The position numbers were made by a program, and so were the translations under genes. From assembly GCA_024679065.1 (NCBI GenBank), contig JAGIQG010000013.1:45632001-45696000 (forward strand): 64,000 bases of DNA, given 5' to 3'. Below the pieces are notes generated by a model. The model was given only the letters and a program-made list of their open reading frames with translations, did not search any database and was not told the origin of the DNA. This DNA is from Sphyrna mokarran (taxonomy: Eukaryota). Positions 25,471 through 37,859 of the stretch are shown here, piece by piece (position 1 is the stretch's first letter; every line of letters begins with the position of its first letter).

Positions 25471-28254
25471 TTATCTTGTAATCTTCTCCCAAATCAAAGC
25501 ACAATGTTATTTCATAATGACAGCATGCATTTTAAGAAACAAGAACACTTCTGCCAAGGGAATGCCATTGAAAATCCCAGTAATTTAACTCTTGCATTAG
25601 ATCAGTTAGACTCTTCAACCCCCTTCAAAAATACCTCCAGGTCAGCTTGATCATTCTTTTTTGGTGCTGTGCAAAAGAACAAGTCGGCTGCAATGAAATT
25701 AAGTGGGGAATTAAAAATTAGTTCTGTGCTATCTCCATGCCCAAGCTTCTGCTGATCATAACAGCTGACATAGTTACATTTTTAATTCACTGTAGCAATG
25801 AGATGGCGAGGACATTACATTTCAAACTAGCAACCATGGCAAATTAAAAGGGACAGCATGGTGTTAGCCCTGCTGGGAGTGACCTTTGGCCTGCTGCTGG
25901 CCTTTGCAGAACTGTCACTCTTGAGTACATGAGCACATTTTCACTCCAGATGACTGAATGCACACAATGAAAGCCAACCCATACAATGTGTCACATTTTG
26001 AACAAGGATTAAAATGATTGTTGTAATTTTAAAAAAGAAAGACAACATTGTTTTGGGATAATGAACAGAAGCAGTAATGGAAAACTGTCAGACATAAGAG
26101 AGACAAGATCTGGCTCTGTCTCTATCAGTAATAATAGTATTCATCACTTCATGCAGGGCCATTGCATAACTCAGAAATTGGTTGTGGTTCTGCAGTAATA
26201 GTTCAATAGTAGCCACATTTCATCCAGTGCAAATAATGGCATCAACTTAAAAAATGTGTCACAGTGGTTGACAGTGCAAAATAAGAGGAGGGTAAGCTTT
26301 CAAAGTATAGGTTAACAGCAACGGAAAAACAGGTGCCATTTCTAAACCAAACGTTGGCATGAGCACAGCATCCGAAAACCATGAGCAATTATTATTTCAA
26401 ATTATTTTTAAGTTATAATGGCTTTCCTCCTCCCACCACCACAAACTTGTGTTGCCAAGGGATAGCAATGTGAGACTTAGCAGAAATAGGAAGTTCTCAT
26501 CAAAACTTTAGGAGCGAAGTAAGAGAGCCTTGGTTCAGTCCAAATACCAGTATCAAACAGCAAGGCTGAATCTCAATTTATGTCATTTATTATGTTTCTC
26601 ATTTTTTCAAGTATACTCTGAGACCAACTTAGACAGCCACCTCATAAGAATTAAGACATGCACGCCAGGATGAACTTATAAATATACTAAATATGGAAAA
26701 AGTTTGAGAGAGTCAAGAGACTCTTGACACACCACAGAATTACTAATTTTGCCAATTAATAACATCTGTTTAGACGTCTCCCATCCTCCTTAACATCAAG
26801 TATTACGATCATGTTCATTGCATTGTGTTCATTATTTGTCTTATTTCATCTGTATTGATTGGGCAAAAATAAACTAACTCACAAAGTCATAATCGGTTTG
26901 TGCAATTGTTAATACAATTTGGACTAAGAATTAATGCAGGACCATTTTGCAAGATGACAGTTAGTCAGCAAATAATTCCTGGATATGCACAGGAAACAAT
27001 CAAATATCTGTTTACTGAGGAATTACACAAATAAATACATTTTCTTCTTGTGCCTTCTGATTTCTTTTTTTTACAAGATGCATGAGTTTATTGATCACAG
27101 AAATTCGAAGAATACAAAATATATTTTCATATTGAAGAACATTTAATCTTGTGGCATAGAGTCAATTTTGAAAACTGTTTCGTCCAAATAACATTCCCCA
27201 AAACTCAGCAGTAGCTACTTTTTGCCTTTAGTTCCATAATGTACTGAATTTTTACAATTCTGTTCATGAAGAAAGACAGCAGTTCAAACAGTATCTATTA
27301 ATACAGACTTCTCAAATTCTTTAATAACTTTCAAAATGTTCATTTTAACTTCTGGGGAAAAATTCTCTTTGGGAGCCAAAACAGTTACCTGTTGGAATTT
27401 TGACCAATTTCATTTGCATAGAAGCAGGTTTCCAGTCAAAAAAAGGTGGCAAACAAGTTCTCAAAGCTTCAGAGGAATCAGTTACTAATGGGCTATCTTG
27501 GGAGACAGTGGTATTCTTACTTGAGAAGAGACCTCACTGGAGACAATGGTGTTTCTTTCAAAACACTTTTATTTTGCATGACTAACTATATACAAGGTTA
27601 AAATACATTGGGAACTACAGCTCTTCCCTGAAGAGTTTTTCATTCATATTTCCAACTGAGTGACACCAATAATGACACAGCTCATTATGAACATGTTCAG
27701 TAGCTATTAATAGAGTTAACCCTTTACTTCACAAGGAGCAGTCAACCGGATTGAACGGCAAGTAACTGAGAGATACTTTAAGATAGAAGTGCCCACTCAG
27801 GAACGTTTATAAAAATGTAATTAAAAAATTGAAAAAAAAACAGCCAGGGCCAACACTGTGGGAATGTCGAGGGGAATCCCACCATAGGATGATTTTTGGT
27901 TGCATCTGCATGAAGGCTGACAAAAAAGGCCTGTAGGCCTGCCTGGAGCATTGGCATCTCAACTTGTCACGGAATGTCTACCTCCAGGTAGTTAAATTAT
28001 TGGGAAGTTTGAGACCAACTGGAAAATTCCAGTTTGGTTTCATTATTAAGAGTTAACAAGACTCTTAACGAGGCTAATTGTCTGCATCCTTCCTGGAGGC
28101 AGCATCTGTGCAAACCGCAGTATTACCTCAGCAAAAATGGCTGATGCCAGATACAAGATTAGAAAATGATGCAGTGTCCCATGCTGGTATTTTCAGGCTT
28201 GGTCTTATCTGCCTCCATTCTCAGCCTTAAGTAGAGCCTGTACTCAGAATGCAT

Positions 28255-28445
28255 AATTGGAGATTAAATTAGTGAGCGCTAAGAAATGCACAGACTAAAT
28301 AAAAAACATCAATGTGGATTTGTTAAAAAGGCAAGTGTGTCTGAAAAATGTAAGAAGGTTCTCAGAGGGGTGATCAATTGGGTAGATAAAGAAAATGCAA
28401 CAGATGCAATGCTTTAAGACTTTAAGAAATGGTTTTAAAAATTGT
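28255..28445 (+). mobile_element. Old CR1 RT fragment
   Basis: Degenerate QHGFVKGKSCLTN...VDKGNAVD...DFxKAF (caatgtggatttgttaaaaaggcaagtgtgtctg). Confidence 0.6.
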
Positions 28446-28717
28446 CCTATATATATAATATAAAAGTTGTCCTATGTATGTATATATGTATATATATATA
28501 CATAGAATTAGCATATTCATACTGGAAAGTAGGGCACAGAAAGTCATATCCCAAATTGTCAATTCATTTCAGAGATTAATTGCATTTAGTAAAGCAGCAA
28601 AGTAACAGAAAAATAATTTGAATATGAAATCTTTTGAAATGAAGACATAGAATAGACAGAATCGACTGCCTTTTACGGACAGCAAGATATCTCAAAATCT
28701 ACCCTCATGATTTGGGT

Positions 28718-29370
28718 TCTTTTTTATTCATTTACAGATGCGTGAGTCACTGACTAAGCTAGCATTTATAGTCCATTCCTAGTTACCTTTCTAAAGGTGG
28801 TGATGACCTGCCTTCTTCAGCTGTGCGGTCTCTCCGGTGTAGGTGCATCTGGTGCTGTTAGGAAGGAAATTCCAGGATTTTAACCCAGTGACAATGAAGG
28901 AATGGCAATATACTTCCAGGTCAGGATGGTGAGTAATTTGGCTAGGAACCTCTAAGCGGTAGAGTTCCCAGATATCTGTTGCTTCTTTTCTGTTCAATGA
29001 TAGATTTGGTAGTGTTTTCTAAAAATCATTGTTGAGTTCCTGCAGTGTATCTTGTGAACTGTACACAGTTGTCTTTTTTAATCGGTGGTGAGGGATTTAA
29101 TGTTTATGAAAAGATTAGCAAGCTGCTTTGTTCTGAATGATGTCAAGCTTCTTCAATGTTGATGGAGCTACACTCATCCAGGCAGCTGAGAGTATTCCAT
29201 TACACTCCCGACTTGTGCTTTGTAGATTGTGAACAGGCTTTAAGGGACATTTGTCTGGCATGAATGTTACATTCTATTTGTCAGCACAAGCCTGGATACT
29301 GTACAGGTCTTACTGCTTTTGGACATGAACCATTTTAGTGTCTGAGGAGTCACAAATAGCACTAAACATT
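28718..29370 (-). mobile_element. Crack/L2-like LINE 3' end
   Basis: ORF 28791-28997 (-) HSFIVTGLKSWNFLPNS...AGHHHL; reverse tail ttttattcat...gcatttatagtccattcc. Confidence 0.8.
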
Positions 29371-32119
29371 TAAACTTTTTATTTACCAAAAATCGGCAGC
29401 TAATGTTGTAAAAAGGGGATGTGGCTTGTCTTTTCCCAATGGTCTAGTGCTATGCAGAAGCAGTTTGGTTAAAATACACACAACATTTCTGAAGAAGCAA
29501 GGATCCGAAATCCCAACTGGAAATAAAAAACTCAACCTGGATGCAGAAAGATAAGAGCAAAGTGACAAATCCAGTGGTGATTGCCAATCCTCGGAAGATT
29601 TGGACCATTACATTTGCCAGTTCAGCTCTGATAAATAGAGTAATAATAGATTTTGTTCTCAAAACCAGAGTGTAATTGGGCACCAAATTATTGCCAAGAA
29701 TTTATCCCAGCAATTTAGGAGCTTGTTGCCTTGTTTTCTGTTTCCCTACTTTGTTGCCATGCAAAAACTACCTTCAAAACCGTCATATCAGTTTGGTGCT
29801 TATATATTCCAGCACTCTCTCTCTAATTTTCTGATGGCTGAAAGCCTCCACTCTTCCAGAACTTGGAAGCTTTGCCTTAGCAGGTATCAAGAATCTCATT
29901 CCCTTCTCGACACCAGCAAAGATATGTCAGTCTCATTCACTGCTGTCTAAATCTAGACCTATCTATCCTGATGTATCACAAACCCCTTGATTTCTCAGTG
30001 ATAACTGACCAAGTATCTCATCCTACTGTTTTCAAAGCATGCAGCTTCCATTCTCCATTATTGCCGTACACAAGGATTCCAGAAATTACCTAATGAACCT
30101 GATTTAACCGTCACAAGGGATTGTCAATAGATCTCTCCATGGGATTTGTACAGTACAAGCTCCCCTATTAAGCAAGGAGGTTTTCCTTGTAGGGAAATGG
30201 CAGTGAGGGGTTTAAAACCAAAGACTCTGGAGCTTGACATGTACTGTAGTCTTAGAAGCAATACTTCATGTACTTTGTACACAAAGGATGTTGATGACAG
30301 AAGACTGGGCTTAGTGAGATTATTACAAGGCTAAACACTAGATTCCACCCAATAGTTCTATGGTGCCCACACTGGCAATTCACAGAACTGCCATGTGTCA
30401 ATATCAGTTCCCAATGTTACTAAAGTTCATCTGTACAACTGCTGCTCAACCAAGGCACTGACTGACATACTCATTTTTTTTATGTTTCCAAGCCTTCCTG
30501 GCTGCTAATGTTAAACCACAAATCCCAATATCCATGCTCATCATGGATACCATCAATTTTGATCCCTGGAGTTTAAAAATATGAGGGGAAAAATAATCAT
30601 TATATATAATAGATTATCTAATAACAATCAAGGACATGCATTTATAACAGTCAGGGAAAAGATAAATAAAATTAGGATCAACCAAACCACTGATTTTGAA
30701 AAAACTGCATTCCCATTTCATGAAAATTGCATTTGACTTATTAGTCATTATAAATCAGTGGGCCTGAAAATACAATGCAATTAATATAGCATAATATCTT
30801 GGTCATCATAAAATAGCGTATCTTCTAACTCATTCCAAGTACTGCAGGAAATTCATGATTTGTGCGTATGCCTGTCTGTATGCTGTATTTCCCTGTTTCC
30901 TTTTTATATCCTCGAGTGTCTACTTGATCTAAGGTACTCTGGCAGCTAATGCAAAGCTCCTAGGTTTTGGAAGCACTGAGCTGATGTGATAAGTTTTGAA
31001 AGGAACTTGCAGCATGGCAGCATTGAAGGGAGCTGGCCTCTGAGAAAGTAGTCCATCAAGCTCCCAAATTACTTGGGCCAGCTTTTGAGGATAAGTTGGT
31101 GCTGAGTCTGTTACAATTTTTAAAGAATGATATCCATTATTACTCTATTTGTTAGCATATAATTGGCAAATACAATGTTTAATGTGTTTGCGATGAGTTC
31201 CACTCTCTCTGTCCCCCTATCAGAGCTAATTTGAATTCTGTCACCATCATGTCTTTTCTTTTTTTAATTTCCAGTCCCTTTTACTCATCTCCCACTCAAT
31301 TGTCTGCCTATCACATCCCTGTGTGATCTAAGCAGTTCAGTTGGACTGTATATTTTCTCACTTCTGATCATTGATATCACTGCACAATTAAGATGATGAA
31401 TTAGAGAACAAAGACAAAAAAGTGAGGAGGTGCCAATTAGTGAAATAAGCATTTGATATATATTGTTTTTTGACAGTAGCATACTGTAAAAGTACATTAG
31501 TGTAACCTGGTTAGTGAAAACAATAAAGGGAATAAAAAAGAGCTAATCAAAACAGAAAAATAGAAGATTTTGGAGGGACTAACATTACGCAGATTATAAG
31601 GCTATGGTGAAGCATGTCCAATACCAGCATTTCCACATAATCAAGCATTAGACTAGGTCAGTCACCTCACAGAGTCAGGGACTGTGCCCTCCAGACAATG
31701 GGGAATTAGAAGAAGCAGGCATGACATTGTATGTACGTTCACTTGTTTGTTGCTTCACTTGTCTGATTAAAAGAACACACGTCAAAATAAGTCAGTGCTC
31801 CAATGTGACTGCCACATAATCAATTCCTGATTTGTTGAAGTGAGGCACAACAGTAGCTTTCAAATTTGAGGCTGAGGGGAAAAAATACAAGTGCAGATCC
31901 TGTTACCCCATGCATGTGCATCTTCTAGTGGCTACGTCAAGAACAATTTTAGGCAAATGGATCATCTGCTTGTCCACTTACTTAGGAAATGATGTGCGGC
32001 ATGGGATGGCAGGTGAGGGGGAGAGGTTGATGGATTGTTGGGGAGAGTGGTGACAATTGGAGTGATTGGGAGATCAAACATTTTCTCAAAATCTTTCAAC
32101 AAGATCCCTGTTGTTAAAT

Positions 32120-32460
32120 GTATCACTGGCCTTTTGTCAGTTGACCACATCACCCTGTTCCAATGCTTTTCCACTGTCTTCCAGCTGGGTGGGACTGCAG
32201 TCACCTGCTTCCATTCTTATTTACCTAATTGTAGCCAGAGATCATGTGCAATAGCTTCTCTCTGCATGCCTGCACTATTATTGCGCATAACAATCCAAGG
32301 GTCTATCACTTGGCTCTTTCCTGCTTCACATCTGCGTGCTACCACTCAGTGATGTCAACTGAAGAAATGTCAATTTCCACATGTACCCTGGTAAAACCCG
32401 ATTTGATCTTGTCACTGTGTCTCTTGACCCCTCCACTGTCTCGAAATTGTCAGACTGTTG
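32120..32460 (+). mobile_element. L2 RT fragment
   Basis: VDHITLFQCFSTVFQLGGTAVTCFHSYLPNCSQR (ORF 32035) matches L2 DTVDHxILLxRL...WFxSYLSxRSQ. Confidence 0.75.
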
Positions 32461-33454
32461 ATATGACATCCCATAGCAGACAAGCAGTAATATAACAAAT
32501 ATTCAGGAAAGCAAAGCATCACCAGGATCAGTTCTAAGTGCCCACATCAACAGGAAAATTGGAGTCTTTCTGTTAGCATTAGCAACAGTTGTGAAGTGGG
32601 ATTCATCTACCTGAACCATTAAATTTATGCAGAGTGCGAAACACTTCAGCCAGCATGCTATGAAGAGATCAGGGCACCATTTTTAAATGCACTCCATTTC
32701 TGCTTTCAGAGTGGTCCCCTCCACATTGGAAATGATGACTCCCCCACTGACCAACATTCAACCCCCAAAGGAGGGAGGAAGGGAACCTTTCACATTTCCC
32801 TCATCCTTACTCCATACTCTGCTCCCATGGGGCTGCAAAATTTCTTCCACGGTCAAATCAAAATGGTAGGCCAGTGATAAATCTTGGTACATCAGTGCAG
32901 AAAAGGTTTATACTATTTCATTGTGGATTGTGTATGAACTAGAAGCCAAGAAATCCAGTCGGAAAATCAAATTGTCCATCCAAAATTGAAGAAATATTTG
33001 CCATTGAGTAGGTGGCACTAAGCAGAAGAGTTAAGTATAAATGGCCTTTCAATAACACAAATAGGAAAAGACAATAAAAACAAATCATTAATGTCAAAAC
33101 AAACGTTCTAATAAATGACACTCAGCTGTAGGATGATCATTTTATTTCTGTGTATTGCTTCTGCCATTTCTGATTTTTGTAAAATCGACACACAAACACA
33201 TTGATGCTCAATGATACCTCATTGAGAGTGTTTTCATGAAGTGTAGCCTGACAATGATATCACTCATAACACTTGAAAACAATCTCTTATTTGCAGGATT
33301 TCTGTGCTGTTTGATTATAAATGGATGTAGCTTTTGTGTTGAGACAAATTGAGGTGATCATCAGATAAGACATTGAGAGGAAATTGCTGAACTTCCTGAA
33401 AGTGACAGCAATGCTGTCAATTTTTTGAAAAAACATAATTTCAAGTGTTTTTGA

Positions 33455-33850
33455 GGCTAATATTCTCCAGAGTATTGAAGATGAAACGTAGATCTAATTG
33501 AGGCGCTTAAAATGATTAAAAGATTTCACAGGGTAGGTGGAGAGAAACAATCTTAGGTGAGCAAGTGAAGAAACAAGGTCGGATCTTGAATGTAAATTCA
33601 CACCAGTCAGGGACGTTATCAGAAAGCACTGCTTCTCATAAAGTGAAAATCCAGAATGTTTTCTACAAGAAGCTGCTGAAGCCAATCTATGTGAATATTT
33701 CAAAATGGAGATTCATAGAGCATCGTTAGACAGGAATATTAAACATTATGGAATCAAAGTGCGGGGATAATGTTAAGATGAAAATTAACTAAAAATGACT
33801 AAATGGCAAAACAAACTCATGGGCTAAGTGGCTCACCCATGTTCCTGTGA
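33455..33850 (+). mobile_element. Old CR1 3' end
   Basis: gatctaattgaggcgcttaaaatgattaaaaga (DLIExxKMIK) and tail gggctaagtggc...gttcctgtg. Confidence 0.65.
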
Positions 33851-35626
33851 GTTATAGATAATAAAGGGGAGTCATCAGCCCAGATCTTCTAGTTGTGGGG
33901 CCAGGGAGGTGGGTGAAGGGAGGGATTTTTGTTGAGGTGAGGTATGACAGTAGCTTTCAATTACAGTTTGAAAAAAAAATTACAAATACAGATCCTGTTA
34001 TCCCATTTATGTGCACTTTCTAGTGGCTATGACAAGAGCAATTTTGAGTGATGCCAGGAAATGGATCATCTGTTTGTCCGCTTATCTAGGAAATGATGTG
34101 CAGCATGGGATGGCAGGTGAGGGGGAAGAGGTTGATGGGCAGTTGGGGAGAGCGGTGAAGGCTAGAGTGATTGGGAGATCAAACTTTTTCTCAAAATCTT
34201 TCAATGAGATCCAGTGTTAAATATATCACTGGCCTTTTGTCATAATTGACCACACCACCCTGTTCCAATGCCTTTCCACTGTCTTCCAGCTGGTTGGGAC
34301 TGTAGTCACCTGTTTCCATTCTTATTTACCTAACTGTAGCCAGAGATTATGTGCAATAGCTGGAGGAATATGTCTATTTTGGCAGTAGCGCACCCAGGCA
34401 GGCATGGAAGGCTTCTAAGGTGTAGGGAGACTGGCTGCTCCCTACGCCTACCCCTCCCCCCACCCACAGTATTTAACTGGATGCCCTCCTCCAGGTAGTT
34501 AAACTGATCCTGTTGAGACAGGAAACAGGAGGTCAGCTGGAAAATCTCAGAAGGCTTTCTTTAATTTCTCTGAATAATGTTCTTAACAACACTTACACTG
34601 GCTGTCTGATTTGTGGGGCTGAGTGAACCTGCCAGGCCCTAAACCTGTCTTCCCAATCATGGCCAAAGCTGGGAATGGTATCAGGTAACTGGCATGATGG
34701 CCAATGCTGATACCTGTGAGTCCGAACTTCCTCTAGTCCTGATCTCATTGAGACCATAGAACTCTGCCCTTATTTCACCCGTGAGTGCATCTACTTTCTC
34801 TTTAAATGTGTTTTTTATAAACTATAAAAACTTTTACTTTAAATCTTTTTTAATTTCCCTTTTCACCTCCCCAATTGAATTAGCTTCTACATTCCTTATG
34901 ATCTTTTGCTTATTAAATTTATCATATATATATCATTTATCATATATATCCCTCTTTTGAATTGCAGTTCAGTTTTAATCCATTTATTTCAATGAAATCT
35001 ATTCTTCAATGCATTCTCTTTTGCCTTACGGGAACTCATTAATCTTGTCTGTCAATCTGATACTTGAAGAGTTCTCACTGCTGATCCATTAACCTGTTTG
35101 TTAACTTTTCCATAAGTTACCTGAACCAGATTCCTTCCTATTTCAGTAAACATTTGTCCTTTTCCATTCCAGCACCAATGGAACAAGTCTGTAAGCAAAT
35201 GGACTGCCTGATTACATTTGTGACCTTCCTCTTCAAAAATGTTTTAACTTATTTTCATATATTTTTGGTATGCTCCTTTATTCCCCAGCCACTTCCTCTA
35301 TTTAATCCATTCTGCTTCTGCTTATTAATAATAGTCAATCCAGATTTTCCCTCTTGTGTTCAACTGACAGACATCAAAGAGAAAAAGGCATGTGATTGAA
35401 TTGGGAAAGATGAAATACAGGTCAACTTAATGCTTAAAAGACAAATGCTACAATTCTGCAGAATTATATCTAGGTTACAGCAATTCCGGTGTTTGGCTCC
35501 AGTTATATCATTCTGATGTTAAAGGTCTCAGATAGAAAATTAGAGGCAAAATTGATTGTGTGTTCAATTTAAACATCATAACTATTTGAACACTTATGAG
35601 AACTTAACATTGATGCATGTTAACGT

Positions 35627-37075
35627 TGTCAAAGGGAGTCCCTATTCAACGTTGAAATAACTCCATGGAGGCTACAGTTCTGTCACCAATCTATATATGT
35701 AAACACAGCTGAGAGACTGTCTCTCCTGCTTTAAATGGAGAGTATGAGACTCCATAACTTAACCATCAAATAGGACTCATCAGGAAGTTCATACTCTAGC
35801 AAGCCAATCCCAATAGCCTGGCTGAAGTCATCACACTCCTCACTCCTCGCCTCCTTGCCGCCGCACCCCCCCCCCCCCCCCCCCGACTTCTGATGGTAGG
35901 GGAAATTGCTGCAGCTTCACCCCATGTCTATTTTGGATTCTGAAGTTCCCATCAAGGGTGATGGAGAGACAGTACTGGCTCAGTGAGGAGAATTCTGCTT
36001 GTCACTAGGACTACAGAACTGACTGGGCTCAGGAACAGTTGGAGTACTTGAGGCCCGGACCTGGTCCAAGTGTTTTCTTACCACTGCCTTGCCCCCACGT
36101 ACTTGACAGAATACCGGTCCCATCATGGACTTGACTGTATCTGTTACCAGCAAGTCCATTTGCATAATTTTTGAACCAAACTTTCCCCGCGACATCAAAA
36201 TGCCTTTCTTGGTGAGTGTTGTTATGGCCCCGGCATTGGGCTTCCTGGCATCTTTCCAACATTCCTCCCAAGTTTTGCAACAACAGGCTCAGTTTGATGC
36301 AGATCATCGGCCCATCAATAACTCTGCTGGTGCAGTTCTCAATGTGACATGTGCAGTTATTCAATAGTCAAACAACCAATGTGAGAGTTTTGTCTCTACT
36401 GAGGCCGTTTGCTGTTTTTCAACCCAACCTTTAAGGTCTGGACTTCTCTCTCTGCAAGCCTATTTGATGTCATGATGTGTTGAATCCCATTTGACTTTTT
36501 ACATTTTGCGAACTCTAGGCTGGTGAATACTGAACCATTACCGGAAACTAACACCTCTGGAATCCCATGCGTTGCAAACAAGGTGTGCAGTTTCTCAATG
36601 GTTGCTCTTGTGCCTGCCAAGTTTAGCTTATATACATCTAGCCACTTGGAATGGCCATCTATAATCGCCAAAAACATGGATCCTGTAAACTAGCCTGGAA
36701 AATGGAGTCACGATCATGGTCTTCCTGGCCATTCCCACAGGTGCAACAGGGCTGCCGGTGGCACCTTCTGCCCCTGTTGGCACTGTCAGAACTATCCTAC
36801 CAGTTTTGCTATGTCTGCGTCCAGACCAGGCCACCCGATGTAGCTCCTGGCCAGCATCTTCATTTTTGATACTCCGGTGTGTCAATGCTGTCGTTCAGCC
36901 AGTAATGTCCAATGGCCCTGCTTTGGGACTATGAACCCGGGCTCCCCAGAGCAGTATCCTGTCTTACTCAGTGATCTGCTCCTTTTTGCTCCACTATAAG
37001 TAGAACTGTGTTTGGACCAGTCTTTCCAACCACCCCCTGAGCACCAGGATTTTTATCTTTGCTAATCTGGGGCAT
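35627..37075 (-). mobile_element. Gypsy LTR retrotransposon remnant: integrase plus probable 3' LTR (~35627-35835)
   Basis: ORF 36396-36677 FLAIIDGHSKWLDV...FATHGIPEVLVSGNGSVFTS...SNRLAEREVQTLK is an rve core. Upstream frames give ILLWGARV and KMKMLARSYIGWPGLDADI. A purine tract abuts a TG...CA segment. Confidence 0.88.
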
Positions 37076-37859
37076 TTTCGAGATTATTCCCAGAACTTTG
37101 AGGATATATTGAACAGATTTGACTGCACTCTGTGATATAGGTTGCAATTTTAACCATGCTGCACAGTTCTGAACGATGAAACTAGAAGTGTGTGTCACTT
37201 TCCTGCTCCTAATTTTTGCTGGTTCCCACATGATTGCTATTAAAATTTTAAATACCAGTGGTATGTACAGGAGGCATCACACATATTGGAAGCTTCACAA
37301 TGCGAAACCTGATTTCAGCTGACAATGCAGCATGTATGAGTTGTTGGAATATGCCTTTAAGAAATAGCAGCACGGCATCACTCAAAAGGAAATGTTTCAC
37401 GTGATTCAGTATCAGTTTCACTTTGCTTAAAAGACATGTATCTACAGATATGGGAGATCATGGAGAACATACTGCTGTGAAATCTTTGGCAGAAAATAGT
37501 TCAATAATTCCATGCACAGGATCCAAAGTCCTGGAGTGCAAGTACAATTAATCCTCCTGAGTATCAAAATGTTCTATTTTTGGAGAGCCATCAATTGGAA
37601 AACTACTGATACACCATAGCCTCTTACCAGTGACAATTCATGGAATCAGTCCAATCTCATATAGACCAACCTCAGAAATAACTCATTATTTTATTTCATG
37701 ACCTAACATTGAAATAGCCAGAGAATTTTGCCAATTTCAAAGGAGTTGCAGCATTACACTTGCAAGAGAATGCAAGCCTGTCAACTCACCTGGGACATCT
37801 TGTGCAGTATGAATGCCAGTAATACAAGAAGAATGGTGAAAGCTCCACATTACAGAAAT

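Larger units (their letters stand above)
31831..34361. repeat. Direct duplication of ~430 bp: copies 31831-32256 and 33928-34361
   Basis: Colinear match, e.g. gatgtgc(g/a)gcatgggatggcaggtgaggggga and ttccactgtcttccagctgg; ORFs 32035 and 34011 share VIGRSN.FSKSFN. Confidence 0.95.

Noticed and set aside
31831-34361. Direct repeats as paired LTRs (TG...CA-like ends)
   Set aside because: Identity runs past the CA, the repeat includes L2 RT sequence, and I found no PBS, PPT, TSD or gag/pol between the copies.
35866-35884. Poly-C run (and poly-G at 15546-15568) as functional elements
   Set aside because: Simple homopolymer expansions whose lengths are also prone to sequencing error.
36396-36677. 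Functional integrase gene
   Set aside because: The catalytic SDNG reads SGNG, the PYHP motif is deleted and flanking frames are broken.
37500-37800. Possible second Harbinger transposase remnant
   Set aside because: Only faint motif hints (HGIS); too degenerate to support by eye.
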